Origin: Thermoproteota archaeon
GTDB lineage: Archaea > Korarchaeota > JAOZGF01 > JAOZFZ01
Length of the DNA: 64,000 nt
Assembly (NCBI GenBank): GCA_027492035.1
Contig: JAOZFT010000032.1
Location: 1-64,000, forward strand
Direction: 5' to 3'
Position 1 is the first letter of the stretch; each line of letters begins with the position of its first letter. Both the position numbers and the translations under genes were made by a program. Positions 49,998 through 59,268 of the stretch are shown in pieces. Under the pieces are notes generated by a model, which worked only from the letters and a program-made list of their open reading frames with translations, did not search any database and was not told the DNA's origin.

Positions 49998-51587
49998 ATG
50001 GGAAAACAATACACAAAGGGAGAAATCAGGGAAAAATTGACTAAATTAGAGATAGGAACCACCGTTCTGGAAATGAAAAACATAACTAAAACATTTCCAG
50101 GTGTTGTAGCGGATGACCATGTTAATTTCGAATTGAAGAAAGGTGAAATTCATGGCTTACTTGGGGAAAATGGAGCAGGTAAAACAGTTCTTATGAGTGT
50201 TTTATATGGTCTCTACAAGCCTGATGAAGGCGAGATATGGTTAGCCGGTGAAAAAGTTGACATAAAATCCCCTAAAGACGCTATAGAGCTGGGTATTTCA
50301 ATGGTTCATCAAAGGTTTGCGTTAGTTAAAAACATTACTGCTTTAGAGAACATAATTCTTGGAACTCAATCCTCCAAGAAATTCTTTCTTGATGAGAAAG
50401 AGGCCGAGGAAAAAGTAAAGAAACTTTCAGAAAAATTCGGGTTGGAAGTGAAACTAAACTCTTTAGTAATGGATTTATCAATGGGTGAAAGGCAGAAAGT
50501 TGAAATTTTAAAAGCTCTCTACCGTGGCTCAAACATTTTAATACTTGATGAACCCACAACCATGATTACCCCTCAAGAAATCGATTCATTATTTGAAACA
50601 TTAAGGAAAATGGTTAAGGAAGGGCTATCCATCGTGTTTATCTCCCACAAAATACCTGTTGTCCTAAGAGTAACTGACAGAATAACTATTTTAAGAAACG
50701 GGAGAGTGATAACTACTGTAAAAACAAGTGAAACAAATGAAAGGGACCTAGCAGTGAAAATGGTTGGGAGGGAAGTTCTTTACAGGCTTCCAAAAGTTAA
50801 AAGAGAAAGAGGTGAAAGAATTTTGCACATAGAAAATCTTTGGGCCCCTGGCGAAGAGGAAGGAGTTCCTGTTCTAAAAAGCATTTCCTTCTCCGTCCAT
50901 AAAGGTGAAATTCTAGGAATAGCGGGAGTAGCAGGTAACGGGCAGAAAGAACTGGTTGAGTGTATCTTGGGGCTTAGGAAAGTAAGTAAAGGGAAAATTT
51001 TCCTAAACGGGAAAGATTACACTAACAAATTTACAAGAGAAATATATGAAGCAGGAGTTGCTTGGATACCTGACGAAAAAGACAGGGGAGCAATTCTTGG
51101 TTTATCAGTTGCTGAAAATTTAGTTATGAAAAAATTCTATAAACCACCCTTCTCTAAAGGATTAATGTATAATGAAAAGGAATCCTTAAGCTTCGCTGAA
51201 AAAATTGTAAAGGAGTACGGTGTCAAAACAGCGGGAGTTAAGGCTCCAGTTAGAACACTTTCAGGGGGGAACATCCAAAGATTAATTCTAGCACGTGAAT
51301 TTTCAGCAAACCCTAAACTATTGATAGCTTTCAACCCAACCCAAGGCTTAGATGTCAACGCTACGGAATTCACTAGAAGAAAAATACTTGAATTGAGGGA
51401 AAAGGGATCAGGGGTGCTTCTTGTTTCAATGGACCTGGACGAAGTTATGATGTTAAGTGACAGAATAGCGGTAATGTATAAGGGGGAGATAGTAGGTATA
51501 ATTGATGCAGCTAAAGCTGAAAGATACGAATTAGGTTTAATGATGGCTGGATCCAAACGTTTAGAATCAAGCAACTGGGCCAGCTAA
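49998..51587 (+). CDS. Nucleoside ABC transporter ATPase (two ABC domains, NupA-like)
   Basis: 'GENGAGKT', 'LDEPT', 'GVAGNGQ' and 'LSGGNIQR' motifs. Likely ATG start at 49998 (ORF track gives 49854). Confidence 0.93.
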   Translation: MGKQYTKGEIREKLTKLEIGTTVLEMKNITKTFPGVVADDHVNFELKKGEIHGLLGENGAGKTVLMSVLYGLYKPDEGEIWLAGEKVDIKSPKDAIELGISMVHQRFALVKNITALENIILGTQSSKKFFLDEKEAEEKVKKLSEKFGLEVKLNSLVMDLSMGERQKVEILKALYRGSNILILDEPTTMITPQEIDSLFETLRKMVKEGLSIVFISHKIPVVLRVTDRITILRNGRVITTVKTSETNERDLAVKMVGREVLYRLPKVKRERGERILHIENLWAPGEEEGVPVLKSISFSVHKGEILGIAGVAGNGQKELVECILGLRKVSKGKIFLNGKDYTNKFTREIYEAGVAWIPDEKDRGAILGLSVAENLVMKKFYKPPFSKGLMYNEKESLSFAEKIVKEYGVKTAGVKAPVRTLSGGNIQRLILAREFSANPKLLIAFNPTQGLDVNATEFTRRKILELREKGSGVLLVSMDLDEVMMLSDRIAVMYKGEIVGIIDAAKAERYELGLMMAGSKRLESSNWAS

Positions 51588-51709
51588 TTAAAACAACCAA
51601 GTCTTTCACAGCTTCAAAAGAAGTTTAACATAAGCCCCCTTTAAATAACTCATTTTAAAAAGTTTAATTTGTCGTAGAGATAGTTTAGGAAGGTTACAGC
51701 TGGTGGAAA

Positions 51710-53410
51710 ATGAAATATTCCCTAGTTTTAACAATTTACTTGCCTTTACTCTTGATTTTTCTGTTTTCTTTCACTTCTAACATCCGCTGCTTAAACTCCT
51801 ATGACCTTAACCCTCAGAACCCTTTAGAAGCTAAGAGTGACAAATGTTTCTCTTTAACTCTCCCACTTCAAGGTTCACGGTTTCAGAAGGGGACAAGTCT
51901 AAACCATAACCTATCAAGTAACTTAACTCCCCAAATCCAGTTAGAAGTTTTACCTCATTACCAAACAGCCAGATTTAAGAGTTTTGTGTCTTATCTCCTC
52001 CTTATTAAAGTAATTAATGTGACCAAAAATGTAACTATACATCTTAAAGTAAGTGGTTTACCTTTTGAAATGAATCCCACCTTTGGAGAAACACGTTACT
52101 TGTCAAAGAATTCTGCAACTGTTGAATTGTTGCTCTACTCAGGTAAAAAGGAAGGAGTTTACTCCTTCAACGTTACGGCTTCAGCTCCTAACACAAGTAA
52201 GGGCTTCTGTAATGTTCAATTGCGGGTAGTTAATATAGAAAAAGACTTTTCTCTTCCCCTAAATAGATACAATGCTAAGGTAGTGCCTGGAGGCAATCTC
52301 ATCTTTTCAGTTTATATAAATCCTATAAATGGATATAATAGACTTGTCGCTTTAAGCTGTCCAAATTTACCTGAAGGGTTTAAAATAAAATTCACGCCTT
52401 CAAAGGCGTATCCGTCTTACAATGTCCAAATTAATTTATCAATACCCGAAAATGTTAAGCCTCAGGAAAAGATTTTTGTTATAGAGGGTGAAGACAACCA
52501 AGGGTTGCATCATGCCTCAATTTTCAGGTTAGGAATTCTTGAACCTGGTTCAATAGATTTCAAACTGAAAATCAAACCAGAGAAAGGAAGTGTTCTCCAA
52601 GGTGGGAAAATATATTTTAAAGTCGAAGTAATCAATTTGACACAGGAAAAAGATAAAGTTTTTCTTTTTGTTAAAGGCATCCCAAACGACACCTTGTACG
52701 GGTTTGGGGAAGATGAACTTGAACCTCCGGGTGAATCAGATCTTGTTATTCAAGCAGGAAACATAACAGGTACTTACCTTTTCACAGTCTATGGTGTGGG
52801 GGGAGGTTTAAAAAGAATAACTCATGCAACCCTTACAATCAAAAAGAAAGAATGCTTTATAGCTACAGCCACTTTTAATTCAGAAGTTTCAGATGAAGTC
52901 AATACTTTAAGAAAATTCAGAGACAGCCTGATACTTAAAACCTACACTGGAACCCTGTTTTACAAAGTGTTTGATGAAATTTATTACGCATTCAGTCCAC
53001 AAATAGCTGAACAGGAGAAGGTTAATCCCTCTCTCCAACTCTTTTTCAAATTCACACTTTATCCATTAATCTACACCCTGAAACTAGCAACTTTTGTCTC
53101 TGAACCACTTTCTTACATAAACTTGGAAGCAGCCGCCTTAACAGCGGGGGCAATAGCCTCTTTTTTGCTAGGCTTCATTTATATAAGCCCCCTTATCTTC
53201 ATCGTTTCTAAAATGGTTGGGGGAAAAGTTAAGTTCTGGGAAGAAATAAAAGTCTTTTTACTCCTTTTCTTAATCTCTTCTATGTCAATAATGGTAGGGG
53301 TTATCTTTAGGGAAAACAATTTAACAACATTCTTCATCTTCAGTTACATCATGTCCTTCCTTTACTTAGGTACCGTATCTGCTCTAAACTTTCTAAATAA
53401 GTTCTTTTAA
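51710..53410 (+). CDS. Secreted Ig-like repeat protein with CFI-box-CTERM
   Basis: Signal peptide, three beta-rich repeats, 'ECFIATATFNSE...LRKFRD...YYAFSP' and C-terminal TM helices. Confidence 0.8.
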   Translation: MKYSLVLTIYLPLLLIFLFSFTSNIRCLNSYDLNPQNPLEAKSDKCFSLTLPLQGSRFQKGTSLNHNLSSNLTPQIQLEVLPHYQTARFKSFVSYLLLIKVINVTKNVTIHLKVSGLPFEMNPTFGETRYLSKNSATVELLLYSGKKEGVYSFNVTASAPNTSKGFCNVQLRVVNIEKDFSLPLNRYNAKVVPGGNLIFSVYINPINGYNRLVALSCPNLPEGFKIKFTPSKAYPSYNVQINLSIPENVKPQEKIFVIEGEDNQGLHHASIFRLGILEPGSIDFKLKIKPEKGSVLQGGKIYFKVEVINLTQEKDKVFLFVKGIPNDTLYGFGEDELEPPGESDLVIQAGNITGTYLFTVYGVGGGLKRITHATLTIKKKECFIATATFNSEVSDEVNTLRKFRDSLILKTYTGTLFYKVFDEIYYAFSPQIAEQEKVNPSLQLFFKFTLYPLIYTLKLATFVSEPLSYINLEAAALTAGAIASFLLGFIYISPLIFIVSKMVGGKVKFWEEIKVFLLLFLISSMSIMVGVIFRENNLTTFFIFSYIMSFLYLGTVSALNFLNKFF

Positions 53411-53486
53411 CTAGCCATTTTAAAATAAAGGTTCTCTTAATGGTTAAAAGGAAATTATGCAAGAAGTTAAATAGGAGGGCCTAAGA

Positions 53487-54413
53487 TTGATTCACTCTCT
53501 CAGAAATGGAACGTTGAAACTTATTGAATTAAGGCCAGAAATCCCTGGCTTCAAAAAATTTATAGGTTCATGGGTTTGGACTGAGGAAAAGGAAAAGTTT
53601 TTAGTGGATGTAGGGCCCAGTTCAACAGTTCCTCTCCTTCTTGAGTCATTAAAGAAATTAAAAATTAACAAACTGGATTATGTTTTTCTCACCCACATTC
53701 ATATAGATCATGCTGGAGGCTTGGGAGAATTTGTTAAACACTTCCCTGAAACAAAAATCTTCTGTTATGAAAAAGCAGTTAAACACTTACTGAAACCTTC
53801 AAAGCTATGGGAGGCCAGCAAAAAAGTTTTGGGGGATTTAGCAATCAAATACGGGGAAATACTCCCTGTTCCTAAAGAAAACTTTATTAAAAGGGAAGAA
53901 ATTGAAATAGAAGGGTTCAAAGTAATTAATACACCAGGCCACTCTTCCCATCATGTAAGTTTCCTTTACAAAAATTATCTTTTTGTTGGAGAGGCAGCTG
54001 GAGTTTTTCAATCACTAAACAATGAATTTTACCTAAGACCTGTTACACCTCCGAAATTCTTTTTCGAAACATACCTGAACAGTTTAGAAAAACTTTTAAA
54101 CTTAGTAAGTACAGAAAAAATCTGTTATGGTCATTTCGGAATCTATGTAAATGCGAAAAAAATGCTAAGAACCCATAAAAAACAACTTCTACTTTGGGGA
54201 AAGGTTATAAAAGAAGAAATTGAAACCGCTACTGAAACGAATTCAGAAGATGTAATAGATAAATGCCTCAGAATCTTGCTGGAAAAAGATCAACTGTTGA
54301 AACTGGATAAATTAGAAAAAGATATCCAGCAAAGAGAAAAAGAATTCCTTAGAAACAGTATAAAAGGATATTTAAGGTATTTCAAGCAAAGAAAAAGACT
54401 AACAAACCTGTAA
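53487..54413 (+). CDS. MBL-fold metallo-hydrolase
   Basis: 'THIHIDHAGG', 'TPGHSSHH' and 'GHFG' motifs. Confidence 0.9.
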   Translation: MIHSLRNGTLKLIELRPEIPGFKKFIGSWVWTEEKEKFLVDVGPSSTVPLLLESLKKLKINKLDYVFLTHIHIDHAGGLGEFVKHFPETKIFCYEKAVKHLLKPSKLWEASKKVLGDLAIKYGEILPVPKENFIKREEIEIEGFKVINTPGHSSHHVSFLYKNYLFVGEAAGVFQSLNNEFYLRPVTPPKFFFETYLNSLEKLLNLVSTEKICYGHFGIYVNAKKMLRTHKKQLLLWGKVIKEEIETATETNSEDVIDKCLRILLEKDQLLKLDKLEKDIQQREKEFLRNSIKGYLRYFKQRKRLTNL

Positions 54414-54478
54414 CTCTCTTCCCTGTACCCTTTCACTCTCAACAATCCCTACTGAAAAACTTCTCCAAAGATTTTTGT

Positions 54479-54778
54479 TCAACCACCACCTACAGTCTCC
54501 ATTATAGTTATCATGTCTCCTGTCACCAAATCCCCCTCTGCCAATGGAGTATCCAAACCCTTAAGTAATTTAACGCTGTGCCCATTAACTAATATTATAA
54601 GTTGGCTTCTCACTGTGGGAGAATCTTGCTCCTTCACTAAGTCAGCAAACTTTGGCCCCAGCTTCTGGTTTAAAACATTCAATAATTCACGTACCGTTTT
54701 AGGTGGAGGATCGATCTCTAACTCCGAAACCCCTGCAGCTTCCCTTAATGTAGAGTAAAACTTAACTTTCACACCCAC
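54479..54778 (-). CDS. MoaD/SAMP ubiquitin-like sulfur carrier
   Basis: 'VKVKFYSTLREAAG', 'ILVNG', 'GLDTPL' and C-terminal VGGG. Confidence 0.88.
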   Translation of the reverse strand: MGVKVKFYSTLREAAGVSELEIDPPPKTVRELLNVLNQKLGPKFADLVKEQDSPTVRSQLIILVNGHSVKLLKGLDTPLAEGDLVTGDMITIMETVGGG

Positions 54779-54986
54779 AAATCAACCCCTCAAAAACTTT
54801 CCCTTAAGTTTCCTGAAAGTATTGTGTTCTAAGTTTAATTCAAAAACCATTATGTTGAAAAATTAAAACCCTCTTTTCCAACTTGGGAAAAACAAAATAT
54901 ATAAAAATTTTGGCGAGAATTCATTCTTTTCATAGATACCTCTCCTCTATGGCCTTTTTCTGTAGAAAGCTGTAAAGGGGTTTAAA

Positions 54987-56141
54987 ATGGAGTTTAAGTT
55001 AAAACCTGAACATGAATTAATGAAGAAAATGCTTCGAGAATTTGTAGATAATGAAGTTATTCCCGTAGCTGGAGAAATAGATGAAAAAGAGAAGTTTCCC
55101 TGGGAGCTAATTAAAAAAATGAGTAAATTAGGCTTAATGGGTTTAACAATACCCGAAAAATATGGGGGAGCAAACCTGGACTCCATAGGAGTCGTTATTG
55201 TGGCGGAAGAAATAGCCAGAGGATCAGGTTCACTAGCTTTAATTTTAGACGCCCATGATTGTTTAGCCTTGGAACACATTTACAAATTCGCAAACGAAAA
55301 ACAAATTGAAAAATATGTACCTCCCTTGACTAAAGGCGAAAAAATAGGTGCATGGGCTTTAACAGAGCCTGGTGCAGGTTCAGACGTTAAATCCATGCAA
55401 ACATTCGCTAAACAAGAAAATGGTAAATGGGTTCTCAACGGAACAAAAATCTTTATCACTAACGGCCCTGTGGCAGACGTTATAGTTACAATGGCTAAGA
55501 CAAAAGATGAAAAAGGGAAAATCGGGATAAGTGCCTTCATTGTTGAGAAAAACTTTAAAGGATTTAAGGTGGGGCAGAAATTCAGGAAACTAGGTCTAAA
55601 AGCTTCTCCAATAGGTGAACTCGTCTTTGAAAACTGTGAAGTGCCAAAAGAAAATTTGATAGGCAATGTAAATGAGGGCTTTAACCAACTACTTCACGTC
55701 TTAAACAACGGAAGAATCTACATCTCGGGGATGGCTATAGGATTAGCAGTTGCAGCTTTTGAAGAAGCAATGAAGTATTCACTTGAAAGGAAGCAGTTCA
55801 ATAAATTAATTTCAGAGTTTCAGGGGATTCAGTTCCCCTTAGCGGAAATATATACAGAAATAGAGGCAGCTAGGCTGCTGGCCTATAAAGCAGCTTGCTT
55901 AAAAGATAAAGGGGAAAAGTATGTTAAAGAGGCTGCAATGGCCAAATTATTCTCTTCACAAGTGGCTATGAAGGCAACGGTAAAAGCTGTTCAAATTCAT
56001 GGAGGATATGGTTACACAAAGGATTATCCGGTAGAAAGATTCCTCAGAGACGCTAAACTAACAGAAATAGGGGAAGGGACAAGTGAAATTCAAAAAATAG
56101 TCATATTTAAACAGCTTCTGAAGGAATATGGGAAAGCATAG
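54987..56141 (+). CDS. Acyl-CoA dehydrogenase (short/branched-chain type)
   Basis: 'WALTEPGAGSD', 'GTKIFITNG', 'QIHGGYGY' and 'IGEGTSEIQ' motifs. Confidence 0.95.
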   Translation: MEFKLKPEHELMKKMLREFVDNEVIPVAGEIDEKEKFPWELIKKMSKLGLMGLTIPEKYGGANLDSIGVVIVAEEIARGSGSLALILDAHDCLALEHIYKFANEKQIEKYVPPLTKGEKIGAWALTEPGAGSDVKSMQTFAKQENGKWVLNGTKIFITNGPVADVIVTMAKTKDEKGKIGISAFIVEKNFKGFKVGQKFRKLGLKASPIGELVFENCEVPKENLIGNVNEGFNQLLHVLNNGRIYISGMAIGLAVAAFEEAMKYSLERKQFNKLISEFQGIQFPLAEIYTEIEAARLLAYKAACLKDKGEKYVKEAAMAKLFSSQVAMKATVKAVQIHGGYGYTKDYPVERFLRDAKLTEIGEGTSEIQKIVIFKQLLKEYGKA

Positions 56142-56148
56142 TCACAGG

Positions 56149-56667
56149 TCAAAACAGCACCCTTCCTTCCTTTATCCTCACCCCCTCAAGTTTAAGAAGC
56201 TCCTTTTTTATTTCTATTCCACTCCCGAATCCACCTACTTCACCATTGCTCTTAATTACTCGATGGCAAGGTATTATTATGAGGATAGGATTCTTGTCTA
56301 AAGCATTGCCAACTGCCCTGTATGCTTTAGGCTTTCCTATCCTTTCAGCTACCCATTTATATGTTTTTACTTCACCATATTCAATTTTCCTTGTTGTTTC
56401 CCAAACCATCCTCTCAAATTTTGAACCTGTAAGAAAACAGGTTTCTGTGTTTCTAAAAACTGTTTTTGTTTTCTTGAAGTATTTGTCAAGTTCTCCTACT
56501 ACCTCCTCACCTCCCCTTTTCTGATAAATCTCTATTTCCCCCTGTAACTTTTTGATTTGGTTTAAAAAGGAGCTTTCCTCCAGAACTAAGCCGCAAACCC
56601 TTTTTCTGTAGAAGAATATTGTCAACGAACCTATTGGTGAATCATACCCTTTTTTATAAATCTTCAT
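56149..56667 (-). CDS. ogt: Methylated-DNA--protein-cysteine methyltransferase
   Basis: Active site 'IPCHRV', plus 'YDSPIG' and 'RAVGNA'. Likely ATG start at 56667. Confidence 0.93.
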   Translation of the reverse strand: MKIYKKGYDSPIGSLTIFFYRKRVCGLVLEESSFLNQIKKLQGEIEIYQKRGGEEVVGELDKYFKKTKTVFRNTETCFLTGSKFERMVWETTRKIEYGEVKTYKWVAERIGKPKAYRAVGNALDKNPILIIIPCHRVIKSNGEVGGFGSGIEIKKELLKLEGVRIKEGRVLF

Positions 56668-56776
56668 AATCCCCCCCTTTTTTAAAAAGGGTTTTATTCC
56701 TTTAATTCCTCCCAATTTCTCTAAAGTCAAAATTTCATTAAAGGTTTCCCCCTAAAATTTTTTTAGGTGTGTCTGT

Positions 56777-57478
56777 TTGAAATTTTTTTTTGGAGGGATT
56801 AAGAGGAAAGAGCTTCTTGAAAGCCTAATCATTATTTTATTCCTTGTAATTGTTAGTTTCCTTTTTCTGATTTATTATTCACAAATAAAGTGGTTACTGC
56901 TTAATCTACCTCCTAACTTAATATGGCTCAGTTCTTTCCTTCTCGGCTTCATTGGAGCAGCGAGCATAATCATTCCAATTCCCTACACTGCACTCTTTCT
57001 TCTCCTTTCAGCTAACTTCCCTGAACTTGACATTTTAAGCCTATCTATCTTCAGCGGCATCGGTTCAGGATTCGGAGAATTAACAGGTTGGATTCTCGGT
57101 TACTACTTAACCAATCCTTTAACAGGCAAATACAAAAAAAGAATTGAAACTTTTGAAAAGTTTCTGGAGAACACTAGTGAGTGGCTTCTCTTAACATTCG
57201 TTTTTCTTTTCGCCTTCACGCCTCTTCCGGATGACTTGATTTTTATAGCTTTGGGGATGCTTAGGTATAGTTTATGGAAGGCTGTTCTCAGCTGTACAAC
57301 CGGAAAAATCCTCATGTTTCTTACAATAGGGTGGTTTGGAAAACTTTTAGGCTTAAGTGTAGGAAAGGTCTCTGAACAGTTAGTAATGGCGGTAACTCTT
57401 GTTCTTGTCATTCTTCTTTTTTTAATTCTTGTAGTTATTGATTGGGAAAGAATTTTAAGCGAGAAACTGGAAAAATAA
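56777..57478 (+). CDS. DedA/VTT-domain membrane protein
   Basis: 'IIPIP', 'GSGFGELTGWILG' and 'FTPLPDDLIFIALG' motifs. Confidence 0.82.
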   Translation: MKFFFGGIKRKELLESLIIILFLVIVSFLFLIYYSQIKWLLLNLPPNLIWLSSFLLGFIGAASIIIPIPYTALFLLLSANFPELDILSLSIFSGIGSGFGELTGWILGYYLTNPLTGKYKKRIETFEKFLENTSEWLLLTFVFLFAFTPLPDDLIFIALGMLRYSLWKAVLSCTTGKILMFLTIGWFGKLLGLSVGKVSEQLVMAVTLVLVILLFLILVVIDWERILSEKLEK

Positions 57479-57550
57479 ATCCAATGTTTTTAGAACTTTC
57501 GTTTAAAGGGAGGGAAATTTATTATTTGCTTGTTAAGGGAGTTTCTCTTC

Positions 57551-57682
57551 CTAAAGAGAGAGGTAAGGATCCAAAAAATAATTGAGAAAATGGGGAAAGG
57601 AAAAGTTAAATACGTTAAACTTGTCTTTACGGACATAAACAGCTTAGTTAAGGGTGTACTTGCTCCCTTCAGCTACTCTTAG
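57551..57682 (+). pseudogene. Remnant of the glutamine synthetase N-terminus
   Basis: Translates as ...IQKIIEKMGKGKVKYVKLVFTDINSLVKGVLAPFSYS*, resembling GlnA 'VKFIRLQFTDING..K.V..P'. Stops at TAG 57680-57682. Confidence 0.55.
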
Positions 57683-58110
57683 TCAGGCTTTAACTTTTTT
57701 GGAATACATCTGAAAAAGGCTTTTTCCTTACTTTTTCAAGTAATTTCTTCCCGGTGCCTCTGAAAGAGTTCAGGCTTTTTCTTTTCCTTAAATAATTGAT
57801 CGTACCTCAATTTATGCCTAATTGAACTGCAAATGTAGACTTCTGGGTTAATTCTCTATTTCTCAGCTCCCCGTTATCTATATCCCTTAATGTAACCCAA
57901 CCTTTACTTGTGAGGAGCTTTTAAAAAAAGGAGGTAGTGGGAATCTTCTCCTCCCATAGATTTCTAGTAACATATACTTTTCATGCTTAGTTTGAAGGGA
58001 GGGATAACTTAACATAAAACACATTTTTCCTGGTTAGAGAGGCGTTGCACCCCAAAGAATTCAGACTCTTTATTTTTTGGTATTTCTGCAACTGAAAGGG
58101 ATCCTTGGTG

Positions 58111-59082
58111 TTAATGGATGTATTGTTGAAGTGTTCTAAGTCTTTTCACTATGTTGGGATGCGTAGAAAACATTTCTGACACTTTATCCAGCCAAGTCAA
58201 TTTCCTACTGGCTATCTCTTCCACTGCTCCCCATTCTCTCCTCAAGTTTGAAGCTTTAATATATGCTGAATCCTTTATTGATGTGTCAGGGTCCGTTATG
58301 AACAGAGTTTTAAATGCATGCACTCCTCCTTTGTTTCTTGAGTAACTTTTCAAATTGCTCGTTGTGTTAACTATTTTAGCTAAGGCTGTTGAAAGCTTCT
58401 CTGCTCCATTATGAACTACCTGTACACTGTGACGGTCTGCATAGTATTCCCTCAACCTGCTGAAGTAAAGGACAAACAACGTAAGTATCCAATAGAAAAC
58501 GTAGGAGACTGCACCTATAGCCATTGTTAACGCTCCTGCCTCTTCCCCCTCTCTTGAATCCGAAAACATGCTTGAATAAAGCAGGGTCATACCTATATAA
58601 TAGAATATGGAGGGCAGGACTGAAACAAACATCATAGTTTGTGCATCTCTATGGGTCAAATGCCCAATTTCATGGCCTAGGACAGCTTCTACCTCGTCCA
58701 TGTTGAGGGTTTGTAGGAGCCCTCTCGTTACAGCCACTCTATAACCCGTTAGTGGTGAGCCATAAGCGAAAGCATTTGGGATATTTGTTTCAGCTATCAT
58801 TAGTTTGGGAGTTTTTATTCCGCTTTTATGACTTAGGTCTTTCACTACTTCATGAAGTTCAGGGGCTTCGTTGTAACTTAATGGTTTAACGCGGTAAACT
58901 AAATCTACTATATAGGGAGCTATTAACCACTGGATGAAGTTGAAAATTATTACGAACCCGAGTAGGAAGTAGAGATTTGTTACCCCAAGTAAATTCATCA
59001 GGAACACTCCGAAAAGTGTTGATAACCCAATTATTAAGGCCAATGTCGTAAACATTGAAATTTTCAGTTTCCATATCTTCAT
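58111..59082 (-). CDS. htpX: Zinc metalloprotease HtpX (M48)
   Basis: 'PNAFAYG', 'HEIGH', 'SRLREYYAD' and 'FSTHP' motifs. Confidence 0.96.
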   Translation of the reverse strand: MKIWKLKISMFTTLALIIGLSTLFGVFLMNLLGVTNLYFLLGFVIIFNFIQWLIAPYIVDLVYRVKPLSYNEAPELHEVVKDLSHKSGIKTPKLMIAETNIPNAFAYGSPLTGYRVAVTRGLLQTLNMDEVEAVLGHEIGHLTHRDAQTMMFVSVLPSIFYYIGMTLLYSSMFSDSREGEEAGALTMAIGAVSYVFYWILTLFVLYFSRLREYYADRHSVQVVHNGAEKLSTALAKIVNTTSNLKSYSRNKGGVHAFKTLFITDPDTSIKDSAYIKASNLRREWGAVEEIASRKLTWLDKVSEMFSTHPNIVKRLRTLQQYIH

Positions 59083-59268
59083 TTTACCACCTTCCTAACC
59101 TTCTCTCACTTACCTTTAAAGTGAACTTAAAGTGAAAAATAGGTTTTAAATTTTTCCCTTATTTTCTTTCTTCCTTACCTCCTCCCATAACCTCTTTTCC
59201 TCCTTTAAAACCGCCCCTTTGTTTTGAATTTCTTTGGGAAGAAACTGGAAAAGTGCGTAGGTCAGTGT

